DNA of 64,000 nucleotides from Alphaproteobacteria bacterium. Lineage in GTDB: Bacteria > Pseudomonadota > Alphaproteobacteria > CALKHQ01. Below, piece by piece: positions 56,431-64,000 of this stretch. A program made the translations under genes and the position numbers. Below the pieces are notes generated by a model, which searched no databases, was not told the DNA's origin, and worked only from the letters and a program-made list of their open reading frames with translations. The DNA is taken from positions 7,211 to 71,210 of the forward strand of contig JBHJOG010000207.1 in the NCBI GenBank assembly GCA_050329975.1, read 5' to 3'. The number at the start of each line of letters is the position of its first letter. Within the stretch, counting starts at the first letter, position 1.

Positions 56431-56462
56431 AAGAAAAAACGCCGCTGAGGGGTCAGCGGCGT
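56431..56462 (-). terminator. Rho-independent terminator downstream of flaF
   Basis: The minus-strand sequence reads GCCGCTGA-CCCC-TCAGCGGC followed by GTTTTTTCTTT. Confidence 0.75.
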
Positions 56463-56493
56463 CGTGGGCAGGCGCGGGGAAGGGAGGAAGCGG

Positions 56494-56928
56494 TCAGGCG
56501 ACGAACCGGTTGGCCATCGGTGCCGTGGAGGCCGGCTGGGCAGGCGCGGCGACCGTGCCGTCGGTCCGCTGGCCGGAAAGGCCCAGCGCGATGTTGCGGT
56601 TGATGTCAATCAGCACCTGCAGGCGCTCCGGCGCCACCCTGCCGAGGGCCGACACGGTATGGCGGTCGACGAACCCGGCCAGGCTCAGCATGTTCTGCTT
56701 GATCTCGGGCGGCAGCGGATTGCTGTCCTCGGCGATGTCGGCCTGAAACAGCGTCCACAACCGCCAGTTCAGCCTGAGCGCGCTGCGATACTGCTCGATG
56801 TCGGCATCGGCGCGCTGCACCGCATCCAGTCGGCGGGCGGCTTCCAGCAGCGCCCGAGATTCGGTTTCGCGCGGATTGGACCCGAGTTTCTGCGCCTGCT
56901 GGTAGGGGTTGTTACGCGGAGCCGGCAT
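56494..56928 (-). CDS. flaF: Flagellin synthesis regulator FlaF
   Basis: MPAPRNNPYQQAQKLG...ESRALLEAARRLDAVQ...LRLNWRLWTLFQADI is a FlaF-family pattern. It is adjacent to flbT. Confidence 0.8.
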   Translation of the reverse strand: MPAPRNNPYQQAQKLGSNPRETESRALLEAARRLDAVQRADADIEQYRSALRLNWRLWTLFQADIAEDSNPLPPEIKQNMLSLAGFVDRHTVSALGRVAPERLQVLIDINRNIALGLSGQRTDGTVAAPAQPASTAPMANRFVA

Positions 56929-57307
56929 AGTTCAGCACCTCTTGCTCATACCTGATCAGGTTGCGGCACTTCTTGAGTGCGCCGTAGCTGTCGCCGGCGA
57001 TCATCTGCTGGCCGATCTCCAGCAGGAGCGTCGTCGAGCTCGGAACCGCCTGGGCGAACTGTTGCAGGAAGCTGTTAAAGTTCTCTTGATGATCCCGCAC
57101 ATGTTCGGGAAACAGGTGCATCATCTGGACCGTGAAGTAGATCCGCTTCGCTGGCGTGTCGGCGCGCTCTTCGGTGATGATGTCCTTCTCGCGCAGGATG
57201 TTGGCGCGGTTCTGCAGGACGAACTGGGCGCGGTCGCCGCCGTTTACGATGACGGCGCCGTTGATGATGATCTTTTCGCCCGCCTTCAGTGAGATCTTCA
57301 GAGCCAT
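56912..57307 (-). CDS. flbT: Flagellin translation regulator FlbT
   Basis: MALKISLKAGEKIIINGAVIVNGGDRAQFVLQNRANILREKDII is a FlbT signature. The 51-aa Arg/Pro-rich track extension was rejected. It overlaps the flaF start by 17 nt. Confidence 0.85.
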   Translation of the reverse strand: MALKISLKAGEKIIINGAVIVNGGDRAQFVLQNRANILREKDIITEERADTPAKRIYFTVQMMHLFPEHVRDHQENFNSFLQQFAQAVPSSTTLLLEIGQQMIAGDSYGALKKCRNLIRYEQEVLNYAGSA

Positions 57308-57371
57308 GGGTCGGGTGCCTTCTGCACGGGCCGGCGCAGGGCCGGCGGCTTCAGATGTCGTGTGAGGGAGC

Positions 57372-58199
57372 CTAACCGAACAGCTGCAGCACGTTGCGCT
57401 CATTCTGGGCGGAGAGCGAAAGCGCGTTGGTGGCCAGCTGCTGCCGGGTCTGCAGGGCAAGCAGGTTGGCGCTTTCCTCGTTCATGTCGGCGAGCGTCAG
57501 CTTGCCCGCACCCTGCTCGAGGGTGTTGACCAGGCTCTGGGTGAAGCTCAGGCGCGTCTTCAGCACCGTGTTGTTCGAGCCCAGCGCCGCGGCATTTGTC
57601 CGCAACTCGATCAGGGCCGCATTCACCGAACTCAGCGCCGCGTCGACGTCGCCCTCGCTGCCCCAGTTGTTCGTCGCCGTGCCGATCGAGAGCCCGCCCG
57701 CGCTCGACGTCGACCGCAGGTGGGCGATCGTCAGCTTGGATGTGCCGTCCTCGTTGAAATCTACGGTCAGCGTGTCGGAGCCGCCGTCGATCAGGTTGAC
57801 GCCGTTGTAGCTGGCGTCCCGGGCGAGGTCGTTGAGCTGGGTCAGCAGCTCGGTGAACTGGTGGGCCAGCCCGGAGCGCTCCGCCGCGCTGCCCGAAGAC
57901 TTCGCCTTGGTCGCCAGGCCCTTGGCCTGCTCGACCAGGTCGGTGATCGACTCGATGCCGTCGATGGCGGCCTGGATCGTGCTGATCGCCTGGTCGACGT
58001 TGTCCTTCAGTCGGCCCAGATCGCCGGCCCGGTCGCTGAGCGCCCGCGACTGGAAATAGGCGGTCGGGTCGTCCAGTGCGGAACTGACCTTGAGCCCGGT
58101 CGCCAGACGGTTCTGCGTCGTGTTGACCAGGTCCGAGGTGCGCTGAAGCGTCAGCAGGTTGTCACGTACGATCTGGGAAAGAGCAATCTTGGCTGCCAT
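57372..58199 (-). CDS. Flagellin (short, 275 aa)
   Basis: The conserved flagellin N-terminus is MAAKIALSQIVRDNLLTLQRTSDLVNTTQNRLATGLKVSSALDDPTAYF. The C-terminus is ...LLALQTRQQLATNALSLSAQNERNVLQLF. A GGAGGATGAA Shine-Dalgarno is present. The track start at 58280 was rejected. Confidence 0.9.
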   Translation of the reverse strand: MAAKIALSQIVRDNLLTLQRTSDLVNTTQNRLATGLKVSSALDDPTAYFQSRALSDRAGDLGRLKDNVDQAISTIQAAIDGIESITDLVEQAKGLATKAKSSGSAAERSGLAHQFTELLTQLNDLARDASYNGVNLIDGGSDTLTVDFNEDGTSKLTIAHLRSTSSAGGLSIGTATNNWGSEGDVDAALSSVNAALIELRTNAAALGSNNTVLKTRLSFTQSLVNTLEQGAGKLTLADMNEESANLLALQTRQQLATNALSLSAQNERNVLQLFG

Positions 58200-58320
58200 T
58201 TCATCCTCCGGTGTCGCCATGCGCTGCTGACATTCTGCAGCGCGTTGGTGTTCAGCTTTCTGCTCCGGTTGGCGTCGCAACCGGACAGGTCGTCACGGCA
58301 TTGCCGCAACAGGTTCGGTA

Positions 58321-58336
58321 AGGTTAACGGCAACCG
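58321..58336 (-). promoter_or_regulatory. Sigma-54 (-24/-12) promoter TGGCAC-GCCGG-TTGC for the downstream flagellin gene
   Basis: The match to TGGCAC-N5-TTGC is exact on the minus strand. The predicted TSS is ~110 nt upstream of the flagellin ATG. flbD is in the window. Confidence 0.7.
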
Positions 58337-58581
58337 GCGTGCCAACACGTGCACCGGCCCCGGAGGAGCGGCGAGTGCATCTGTTGAATCCGAGATGTAT
58401 CAGTGGTTTAGCCGAACTCTCCGGTGGAGCGGAGGCTGGCCGCGACAGGGTAAAGGCCGCACTGGGCGCCGTGGCCGGGGGAAAACTCTGCCGGCCGATG
58501 GCAATTCGTGCCGGGACATATCGGTCGCGTCGGCGACCCGAGGGCTCATGCGGCCCGGCCTGCGGCGAGGTCGTCGCGGGC

Positions 58582-58610
58582 AAAAAAAATGGCGGGGCCG
58601 AAGCCCCGCC
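58582..58610 (-). terminator. Rho-independent terminator after the upstream flagellin copy
   Basis: The minus-strand sequence reads GGCGGGGC-TTCG-GCCCCGCC followed by ATTTTTTTTG, 30 nt after the stop. Confidence 0.85.
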
Positions 58611-58638
58611 AGATCGCGATCGAAGGTTCTTGGTTCGG

Positions 58639-59466
58639 TTAGCCGAGGAGCCCCAGCACCGACCGCTCGGACTGTGCCGACAACGCAAGGGCGTTGGTGG
58701 ACAGCTGCTGGCGGGTCTGCAGCGCGAGCAAGTTCGCGCTTTCCTCGTTCAGGTCGGCGAGCGTCAGCTTGCCGGCGCCGCTCTGCAGCGTGTTGACCAT
58801 CTTGGAGGTGAACTCCAAGCGGGTCTGCAGGACGGCGTTGTTGGAACCGAGCGTGGACGCGTTGGTCCGCAGTTCGGTCAGCGCAGCGTTGACTGAGCTC
58901 AGGGCCGCGTCGACGTCGCCGTCGGACGCGAAGTTGCCCGTAGCGCCGGCGATCGAGAGTCCGCCGGCACTGGCGTTCGACCTCATGTGCGCGATCGTCA
59001 GCCGCGAGGTTCCGTCCTCGTTGAAGTCGACCGTCAACTCGTCGTCGCCGCCGTCGATCAGGTTGACGCCGTTGTAGCTCGAGTCCCTCGCCAGGTCGTT
59101 GATCTGGGTCAGGATGTCATCGAACTGCGAGGCCAGGCTCGACCGCTCGGTGGCGTCACCGGACGACTTCGCCTTGGTCGCCAGACCCTTCGCCTGCTCG
59201 ACCAGACTCGTGATGCCCTCGATACCGTCGATGGCTGCACCGATCGTGCTGACCGCCTGGTCGATATTCGACTTCAGCGTGTTGAGGTCGCCGGCGCGGT
59301 CGGTCAGGCTCTTTGCCTGGAAGAACGCAGAGGCGTCGTCCAGAGCGGACGAAACCTTCAGGCCGGTGGCAAGGCGGTTCTGGGTAGTGTTGATCAGGCT
59401 CGCCGTGCCGGTCAGGGTCAGCAGGTTGTTGCGTACCGGTGCTGAGAGAGCAATGCTAGCAGCCAT
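58639..59466 (-). CDS. Flagellin (short, 275 aa), paralogue of the 57372..58199 product
   Basis: MAASIALSAPVRNNLLTLTGTASLINTTQNRLATGLKVSSALDDASAFF... The termini are highly similar to the first copy, and the central region diverges. Confidence 0.9.
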   Translation of the reverse strand: MAASIALSAPVRNNLLTLTGTASLINTTQNRLATGLKVSSALDDASAFFQAKSLTDRAGDLNTLKSNIDQAVSTIGAAIDGIEGITSLVEQAKGLATKAKSSGDATERSSLASQFDDILTQINDLARDSSYNGVNLIDGGDDELTVDFNEDGTSRLTIAHMRSNASAGGLSIAGATGNFASDGDVDAALSSVNAALTELRTNASTLGSNNAVLQTRLEFTSKMVNTLQSGAGKLTLADLNEESANLLALQTRQQLSTNALALSAQSERSVLGLLG

Positions 59467-59626
59467 GTCGTATCCCTTTCTAGGATATTGGCAACGAACG
59501 CATTCTGCATTCGCGTAAGCCAGGTTCTACTTGAACGACGACATTGCCAGACTGGGCCTACGGCGTCGGAACTACCTGTTCCATATGACGTTGGCCTACC
59601 TGGCAAAACGCCGCGTCGAATTGAGA

Positions 59627-59641
59627 GCAACCGCCGTGCCA
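59627..59641 (-). promoter_or_regulatory. Sigma-54 (-24/-12) promoter TGGCAC-GGCGG-TTGC for the second flagellin gene
   Basis: Exact consensus on the minus strand. The predicted leader is ~150 nt. Confidence 0.7.
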
Positions 59642-59907
59642 GACAGTTGGCTCGGATTGAAGTCTTTGATTCCTGTGATATCTGATAGTTAATCGAAGGT
59701 AAAATGGTCAGAGTGCTCGGCAAATGTTGCCGTTGCCGGGGGAAATTTTTGCCGCAGCGGGGAAGAATCTGCCGGATGCATTTTCTTAGGGTAAATCAAT
59801 CCTTGACTATACTGATGTATTTGCGGTTTCTCCGATCTCTCACCAGGTTCGTTGCCGGTCTGACCCTGATGGTGCCTGGAAGGGCCTTGAGTTGCTGACA
59901 GCGGTTG

Positions 59908-59923
59908 CTTGCGTGGATTAGGC
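59908..59923 (+). promoter_or_regulatory. CtrA-box-like motif TTAG-N7-TTAAC ~30 nt upstream of the neuB/pseI-like gene
   Basis: There is a single mismatch to TTAA-N7-TTAAC, and TTAACCAA partially overlaps the TTAACCAT half-site consensus. Confidence 0.35.
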
Positions 59924-59954
59924 TCCCGTTAACCAACATCGGTGTCGATAGGGC

Positions 59955-60818
59955 ATGGTCCAGTTCATCGCCGAGATATCCAGCAACCATGCCCGCGATC
60001 CGGGCCGCTGCGCCGCACTGATCGCGGCGGCCGCAGCGGCCGGCTGCGACGCGGTCAAGTTCCAGCTCTTCCGGGTCGACGCGTTGTTCGCGCCGGAAAT
60101 CCTCGCCCGCAGCGCCGAGCATCGCCGGCGGAAGGACTGGGAGCTGCCGGTCGAGCTGATCCCGCAACTCGCGGCGCAGGCGCGGGATCGAGGAATGGCC
60201 TTCGGCTGCACGCCCTTCGACCTCGATGCCGTCGAGGCGTTGCGCGCGCATGTGGATTTTCTGAAGGTCGCTTCCTATGAGCTGATCTGGCGTGACCTCA
60301 TCGCGGCCTGCGCGCGCACCGGGCTGCCGACCATCCTGTCCACCGGCATGGCCACCCTCGAAGAGGCGGTCGCCGCGGTCGCCGGCGCGCGCGAAGACGG
60401 CGCGGGCGACCTCACGGTCCTGCACTGCGTTTCGAGCTACCCGACGCCGCCCGCCCAATGCAACCTGGCGGCCATGGCCACCATCGCGCGCGCCTGCGGC
60501 GTACCGGTGGGCTGGTCCGACCACAGCCGATCGCCCGAGGTGGTGCTGCGCGCAGTCCATCGCTGGAATGCGGCAATGGTCGAGTTCCACCTCGACCTCG
60601 ATGGATCCGGCGCCGAGTACGCCCCGGGCCATTGCTGGCTGCCCGAGGAGATCGCGCCGGTGATTGCCGCCTGTCGCCAGGGGGCGGTGCTCGACGGCGA
60701 CGGCAAGAAGGCGCCGCAGCCCTGCGAGCTGGCCGATCGGGACTGGCGGGCGGACCCCGTCGACGGCCTCCGGCCGCTGCTGGCAACCCGCGCCCGGTGG
60801 CTGGAGGAGGCATCGTGA
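59955..60818 (+). CDS. neuB: Nonulosonic acid (sialic/pseudaminic/legionaminic acid) synthase family protein (NeuB/PseI-like), short form without obvious SAF domain
   Basis: FIAEISSNHARDPGRCAALIAAAAAAGCDAVKFQLF...FLKVASYELIW...TILSTGMATLEE...LHCVSSYPTPP fits NeuB family motifs (IAEIGxNHxG; KFQ; hCvS.YP). Confidence 0.8.
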   Translation: MVQFIAEISSNHARDPGRCAALIAAAAAAGCDAVKFQLFRVDALFAPEILARSAEHRRRKDWELPVELIPQLAAQARDRGMAFGCTPFDLDAVEALRAHVDFLKVASYELIWRDLIAACARTGLPTILSTGMATLEEAVAAVAGAREDGAGDLTVLHCVSSYPTPPAQCNLAAMATIARACGVPVGWSDHSRSPEVVLRAVHRWNAAMVEFHLDLDGSGAEYAPGHCWLPEEIAPVIAACRQGAVLDGDGKKAPQPCELADRDWRADPVDGLRPLLATRARWLEEAS

Positions 60819-62629
60819 GGCCGATCGCGCCTGTGCGCCGGGTCGTAGCCGTCGTCCAGGCTCGCATGGGGTCGAGCCGGCTGCCTGGCAAGGCGCTGAT
60901 GCCGCTCGCCGGCCGGCCGGTGATCTGGCACGTCCTGGAGCGGCTCGCGCGCGCGCAGCGGCTCGACCAGGTCGTGCTGGCGACGACCACGGCCGCTGCC
61001 GATGATGCGCTTGCCGACTATGTCACCGGCCTCGGCGTCGTGGTCGTCCGTGGGTCGGAGCGCAATGTGCTCGCCCGTTTCATTCAGGCCGCCGAGCTGA
61101 CCCGCGCCGACGTCGTGGTCCGCATCACCGGCGATTGCCCGCTGGTCGACCCGTGGCTCGTCGACTACCTGGTCGATGCGCTGGCAGCGGATGCCGGCTA
61201 TGTCCAGGTCAACCCCGACGGCGTGCTGATCGACGAAGGCATCGATCCATGCACCACGTGGGCCCTGCACCGGCTCGCCGCCCAGGCCGGCGACGATCCG
61301 GTGGCCCAGGAGCACGTCACCAGCTACTTCAAGCTGCACCCTGGCTTCGTCCCCGTCGCCCGCTGTCCGGCGCCGGAGGACCGCCGGCTGGAAGGCGCCA
61401 GGATTTCCGTCGATACGCCGGCCGACCTGCGCTTTCTCGAGAGAATCTACGAGCGAATGCAGGCTGCCCCCGGCGACCTCGACGTGGTCGCCCTGGTCGG
61501 GCTGCTCCGGGCCGAGCCCGAGCTGATGACGCTGAATCGGCATGTGGTGCGCAAGCAGACGCGGGTAGACGACCGCTGCGTCCTTATCCGCTGTGACGGC
61601 TATGCCGCGATCGGGCTCGGTCACGTCGTGCGCTGCCTGGCGATCGCCGAGGCGCTCCGCGATCGGCATGGCCTGCGGGTGGTTCTTGCCGTGGACCAGG
61701 GCCGTCCTGCACAGGACCTCGTCGCCCGTCAGGGCTTCAAGCTGGCCGAGGCACGCTGCGACGGCGAATGCGAAGCCGCCTGGATCGACCGGACGCTGGC
61801 CGCCACCGGCGCCGAAGCGCTGGTGCTCGACATTCGCACTGACCTTCCTGCCGATACGGTCCGCCGCTGGCGGCAACGTGGGACGGTGACAGCGGTCGTC
61901 GACGACGGCAGCCCGCGTCGGCTTGCTGCGGACCTCGCCTTCTTTCCGCCGGTGCCGCAGCTGAAGGACCTGGACTGGTCGGGCTTCTCCGGGGCGCTGT
62001 TTGTCGGCTGGGACTATCTTGCGCTGCGCCGAGAGTTCGCACGTACACGTCGTGCGCTCCCCGCCGGCGACGGTCGACGGCTGCGGCTGCTGGTCACCAT
62101 GGGCGGGTCGGACCCGGCCGGTGCCACCGCGGTGGCGATCGAGGCGCTGGCCGGCCTTGCCGCAGATGTTGCGGTGACCGTCGTGGTCGGCGCCGCCAGC
62201 CTCGAAAGGGACCGGATTGCCGCGCTGGTCGTCACGCATCTGCCCGGCGGCCGCCTGCTCTATGGGAGCGACGACATGCCGGCGCTGATGGCGGCGGCCG
62301 ACCTCGCCGTCATCGCCTTCGGGATGACCGCCTACGAGGCGGCCGCGGTCGGCACCCCGACCCTTGCCCTCTGTCTGTCGGCAGATCACGAGGCCAGCGC
62401 GCGCGCGCTCGCGGACGAGGGAGCCCTCGTCGTCGCCGGCAGGATCGGGGTGGTGACGGCAGCCGGGCTTGCCCCGCAGATCGCCGCTCTGATCGCAAAT
62501 CGCGACCGGCTTGCGGCGATGGGCGAGGCCGGAGGCCGGCTGATCGATGGTCGGGGCGCCGATCGCATCGCCGACCGGATCATGGCCCGGCTCGCGCAGC
62601 GCGAGCGTGGCCCTCTGGTCGCCGCGTGA
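60815..62629 (+). CDS. Fusion protein: N-terminal CMP-nonulosonate synthetase-like cytidylyltransferase (SpsF/PseF/FlmC-like) + C-terminal PseG/FlmD-like UDP-sugar hydrolase (GT28-C-like)
   Basis: GTG start with a GGAGGAGG Shine-Dalgarno, overlapping the neuB stop (GTGA). The N-terminal motif is VVAVVQARMGSSRLPGKALMPLAGRPVIWHVLER (CTP_transf_3 pattern). The middle region has CVLIRCDGYAAIGLGHVVRCLAIAEAL (PseG GxGHxxRC motif). The C-terminal region has LVTMGGSDPAG...AADLAVIAFGMTAYEAAAVGTPTLAL (MurG-like). The track start at 60458 was rejected. Confidence 0.7.
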   Translation: MRPIAPVRRVVAVVQARMGSSRLPGKALMPLAGRPVIWHVLERLARAQRLDQVVLATTTAAADDALADYVTGLGVVVVRGSERNVLARFIQAAELTRADVVVRITGDCPLVDPWLVDYLVDALAADAGYVQVNPDGVLIDEGIDPCTTWALHRLAAQAGDDPVAQEHVTSYFKLHPGFVPVARCPAPEDRRLEGARISVDTPADLRFLERIYERMQAAPGDLDVVALVGLLRAEPELMTLNRHVVRKQTRVDDRCVLIRCDGYAAIGLGHVVRCLAIAEALRDRHGLRVVLAVDQGRPAQDLVARQGFKLAEARCDGECEAAWIDRTLAATGAEALVLDIRTDLPADTVRRWRQRGTVTAVVDDGSPRRLAADLAFFPPVPQLKDLDWSGFSGALFVGWDYLALRREFARTRRALPAGDGRRLRLLVTMGGSDPAGATAVAIEALAGLAADVAVTVVVGAASLERDRIAALVVTHLPGGRLLYGSDDMPALMAAADLAVIAFGMTAYEAAAVGTPTLALCLSADHEASARALADEGALVVAGRIGVVTAAGLAPQIAALIANRDRLAAMGEAGGRLIDGRGADRIADRIMARLAQRERGPLVAA

Positions 62630-63555
62630 TGCCGGCGAGCGCGCTCGCCGCGGTGCGGCACGACGGCCCGTTGCTGGCCGAGCGCGACGGCTTTGCGGTT
62701 ATCGACTGCACGGGCTGCGGCTATGCCCATGCCATGCCGCTCCCCAGCGTGGACGCGCTGATCGATACCTACCGCCATGACTATTATGCCGCGGAGAAGC
62801 CGCTTTACCTGGCGCGGACCGAGGAGGACCGCGCCTGGTGGCTCGACGTCTACGATGAACGCGTGGCCACAATGGAGGCCTGGCGGGGCCAGGCCCCCGG
62901 AGCGATTCTCGACATCGGCAGCGGCCCCGGCCTGTTTCTCGACGCGGCCGCGGCGCGCGGCTGGCGCACGCGCGGGGTCGAGCCGTCCCGCCAGGCCGCC
63001 ACCCATGCGCGCGGGCTCGGCCACGAGATCCGCGAAGGCTTCTTCGGGGCGGCGATGGCCGCGTCGCTGGACCCGGTCGACGCCGTACACATGGCGCTGG
63101 TGCTGGAGCATGTGCCGGAGCCGGCCAGCCTGCTTGCTGCGGCGCGCGGGCTGCTGCGGCCGAGCGGTGTCCTCTGCGTCGTGGTGCCGAACGACTTCAG
63201 TCCGTTGCAGCGGGTGGTGGAGGGGCAGGGAATGGCACCTTGGTGGGTGGCCCCGCCGCACCACCTCAACTACTTCACCCCCGTGAGCCTGACCGCCCTG
63301 CTGGAACGCACCGGGTTTACCGTCGTCGAGCGCACCGCCACCTTCCCGATGGAGCTGTTCCTGCTGATGGGCGAGGCCTATGTCGGCGACGACGCCCTCG
63401 GGCGCGCCTGCCACGGCAAGCGCAAGGCCTTCGAGACCGCGATGCGGCGGGCCGGGCAGTCAGACCGGCTGGCGCGGCTCTATCGCAGCCTGGCCGACCA
63501 GGGCCTCGGCCGCGAGATCGTGCTGTACGCGCGCGCCGCCGGCAGCGCGCGATGA
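62626..63555 (+). CDS. Class I SAM-dependent methyltransferase
   Basis: Motif I is ILDIGSGPGLF. Motif post-I/II follows (GWRTRGVEPS..., VDAVHMALVLEHVPEP). ATGA overlap with the upstream stop. Confidence 0.75.
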   Translation: MMPASALAAVRHDGPLLAERDGFAVIDCTGCGYAHAMPLPSVDALIDTYRHDYYAAEKPLYLARTEEDRAWWLDVYDERVATMEAWRGQAPGAILDIGSGPGLFLDAAAARGWRTRGVEPSRQAATHARGLGHEIREGFFGAAMAASLDPVDAVHMALVLEHVPEPASLLAAARGLLRPSGVLCVVVPNDFSPLQRVVEGQGMAPWWVAPPHHLNYFTPVSLTALLERTGFTVVERTATFPMELFLLMGEAYVGDDALGRACHGKRKAFETAMRRAGQSDRLARLYRSLADQGLGREIVLYARAAGSAR

Positions 63556-64000
63556 AGGGCACCCGTCCGATCTTCGTCGTCGGCAGCGGCCGGTCCGGCA
63601 CTGCCGCCCTGGCCAGGGTCCTGGGCAGCGTGCCGGGCGTGGAAATGCACCACGAGTATCTGTGCACCCATATCCAGCCGGTCTCCGCCCGTTACGCCAT
63701 GGGCCGCGCCGATGTTGCCGAGGTGCGCACGGTTCTCGATGCCTGCCACGGCGCGGCAATCAGGCTCAGCAGCGCCGGGATCTGGGGCGACAGCTCCAAC
63801 AAGCTGTCATGGATCATGCCTATCCTGGCCGAACTCTATCCCGACGCCCGCTACGCCCATGTCGTACGCGACGGGCGCAAGGTGGCGAGCTCCTTTTTTC
63901 ACAAGCTCGCCGACGAGTGCTACGACGACGCCAGCGTCGCTGCGCTCGCCGACTGGCTCGACGGCAGGGGCGTGATGCCGCCGCCGGAAAAGCGCTACTG
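63552..64000 (+). CDS. Sulfotransferase-family protein (partial; continues beyond window end)
   Basis: MKGTRPIFVVGSGRSGTAALARVL resembles the 5'-PSB PAPS-binding loop of bacterial sulfotransferases. The ATG overlaps the methyltransferase stop (GATGA). The frame has high GC3 and stays open to the window end. It is not in the supplied track. Confidence 0.5.
   Translation, partial: MKGTRPIFVVGSGRSGTAALARVLGSVPGVEMHHEYLCTHIQPVSARYAMGRADVAEVRTVLDACHGAAIRLSSAGIWGDSSNKLSWIMPILAELYPDARYAHVVRDGRKVASSFFHKLADECYDDASVAALADWLDGRGVMPPPEKRY

Noticed and set aside
56262-56493. Search for a sigma-54 promoter upstream of fliK-flgD-flgE
   Set aside because: Only off-spacing GG/GC pairs were found, with no TGGCAC-N5-TTGC. 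So no promoter is called there.
59467-59626. Second candidate sigma-54 element (TGGCTTACGCGAATGCA) closer to the upstream flagellin start
   Set aside because: GG-to-GC spacing is 11 rather than 10 and there is no TTGC. The exact consensus element at 59627-59641 is preferred.
60458-62629. Track ORF start at 60458 giving a 723-aa protein overlapping the neuB-like gene by 360 nt
   Set aside because: The first 119 aa are Arg/Pro-rich and out of frame with neuB. GTG at 60815 has a GGAGGAGG Shine-Dalgarno and overlaps the neuB stop, and the cytidylyltransferase motif starts right after it.

Overview
This is a high-GC (~68%) chromosomal window with strong GC3 codon bias. The gene content points to a motile alphaproteobacterium of the Rhodospirillales type, but I cannot name the organism from sequence alone. 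The six-frame track over-extends starts and lists many Arg-rich antisense ORFs; I reassigned starts using motifs, Shine-Dalgarno spacing and overlapping stop/start junctions.

The window divides into four parts:
- 1-31 kb holds metabolism and transport genes. These are sugar ABC transporter parts with two convergent paralogous binding proteins, an FGGY kinase / 2-hydroxyacid dehydrogenase / HAD operon, pdxY, asd, tctCBA, NAD-linked formate dehydrogenase fdsA with a fused fdsG-fdsB, an ectoine-hydroxylase-like dioxygenase, and several lipoproteins.
- 31.7-39.2 kb holds a ChpT-like histidine phosphotransferase followed by a cheA-cheW-cheY-cheB-cheR operon. The CheA carries a C-terminal receiver domain. 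A bidirectional terminator follows, and then a convergent ctrA.
- 39.4-59.5 kb is a large flagellar cluster: fliI-fliJ on the plus strand; the flhA-flhF-flhG operon ending in an Ala/Pro-rich unknown protein; flbD (sigma-54 activator); fliF-fliG-fliH-fliN; a DUF1153 gene; fliK-flgD-flgE; and two tandem 275-aa flagellins with flbT-flaF. Each flagellin gene is preceded by an exact TGGCAC-N5-TTGC sigma-54 promoter and a long leader.
- 59.9-64.0 kb is a nonulosonic-acid (pseudaminic-acid-like) flagellin glycosylation module: a neuB/pseI-like synthase, a fused CMP-sugar synthetase-PseG (FlmC-FlmD-like) protein, a SAM methyltransferase and a sulfotransferase-like gene.

The most interesting candidates are:
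- the fused, methyltransferase- and sulfotransferase-associated Pse-like module;
- a TPR-GT9 FlmG-like putative flagellin glycosyltransferase 40 kb away;
- an uncharacterised kinase/nucleotidyltransferase/glycosyltransferase-like operon (5.1-8.8 kb);
- the Ala/Pro-rich last gene of the flhA-flhF-flhG operon;
- the physical linkage of ChpT-CtrA with che and flagellar genes, with CtrA-box-like and sigma-54 motifs.

No CRISPR array, IS element, integrase or recognisable defence gene was seen.
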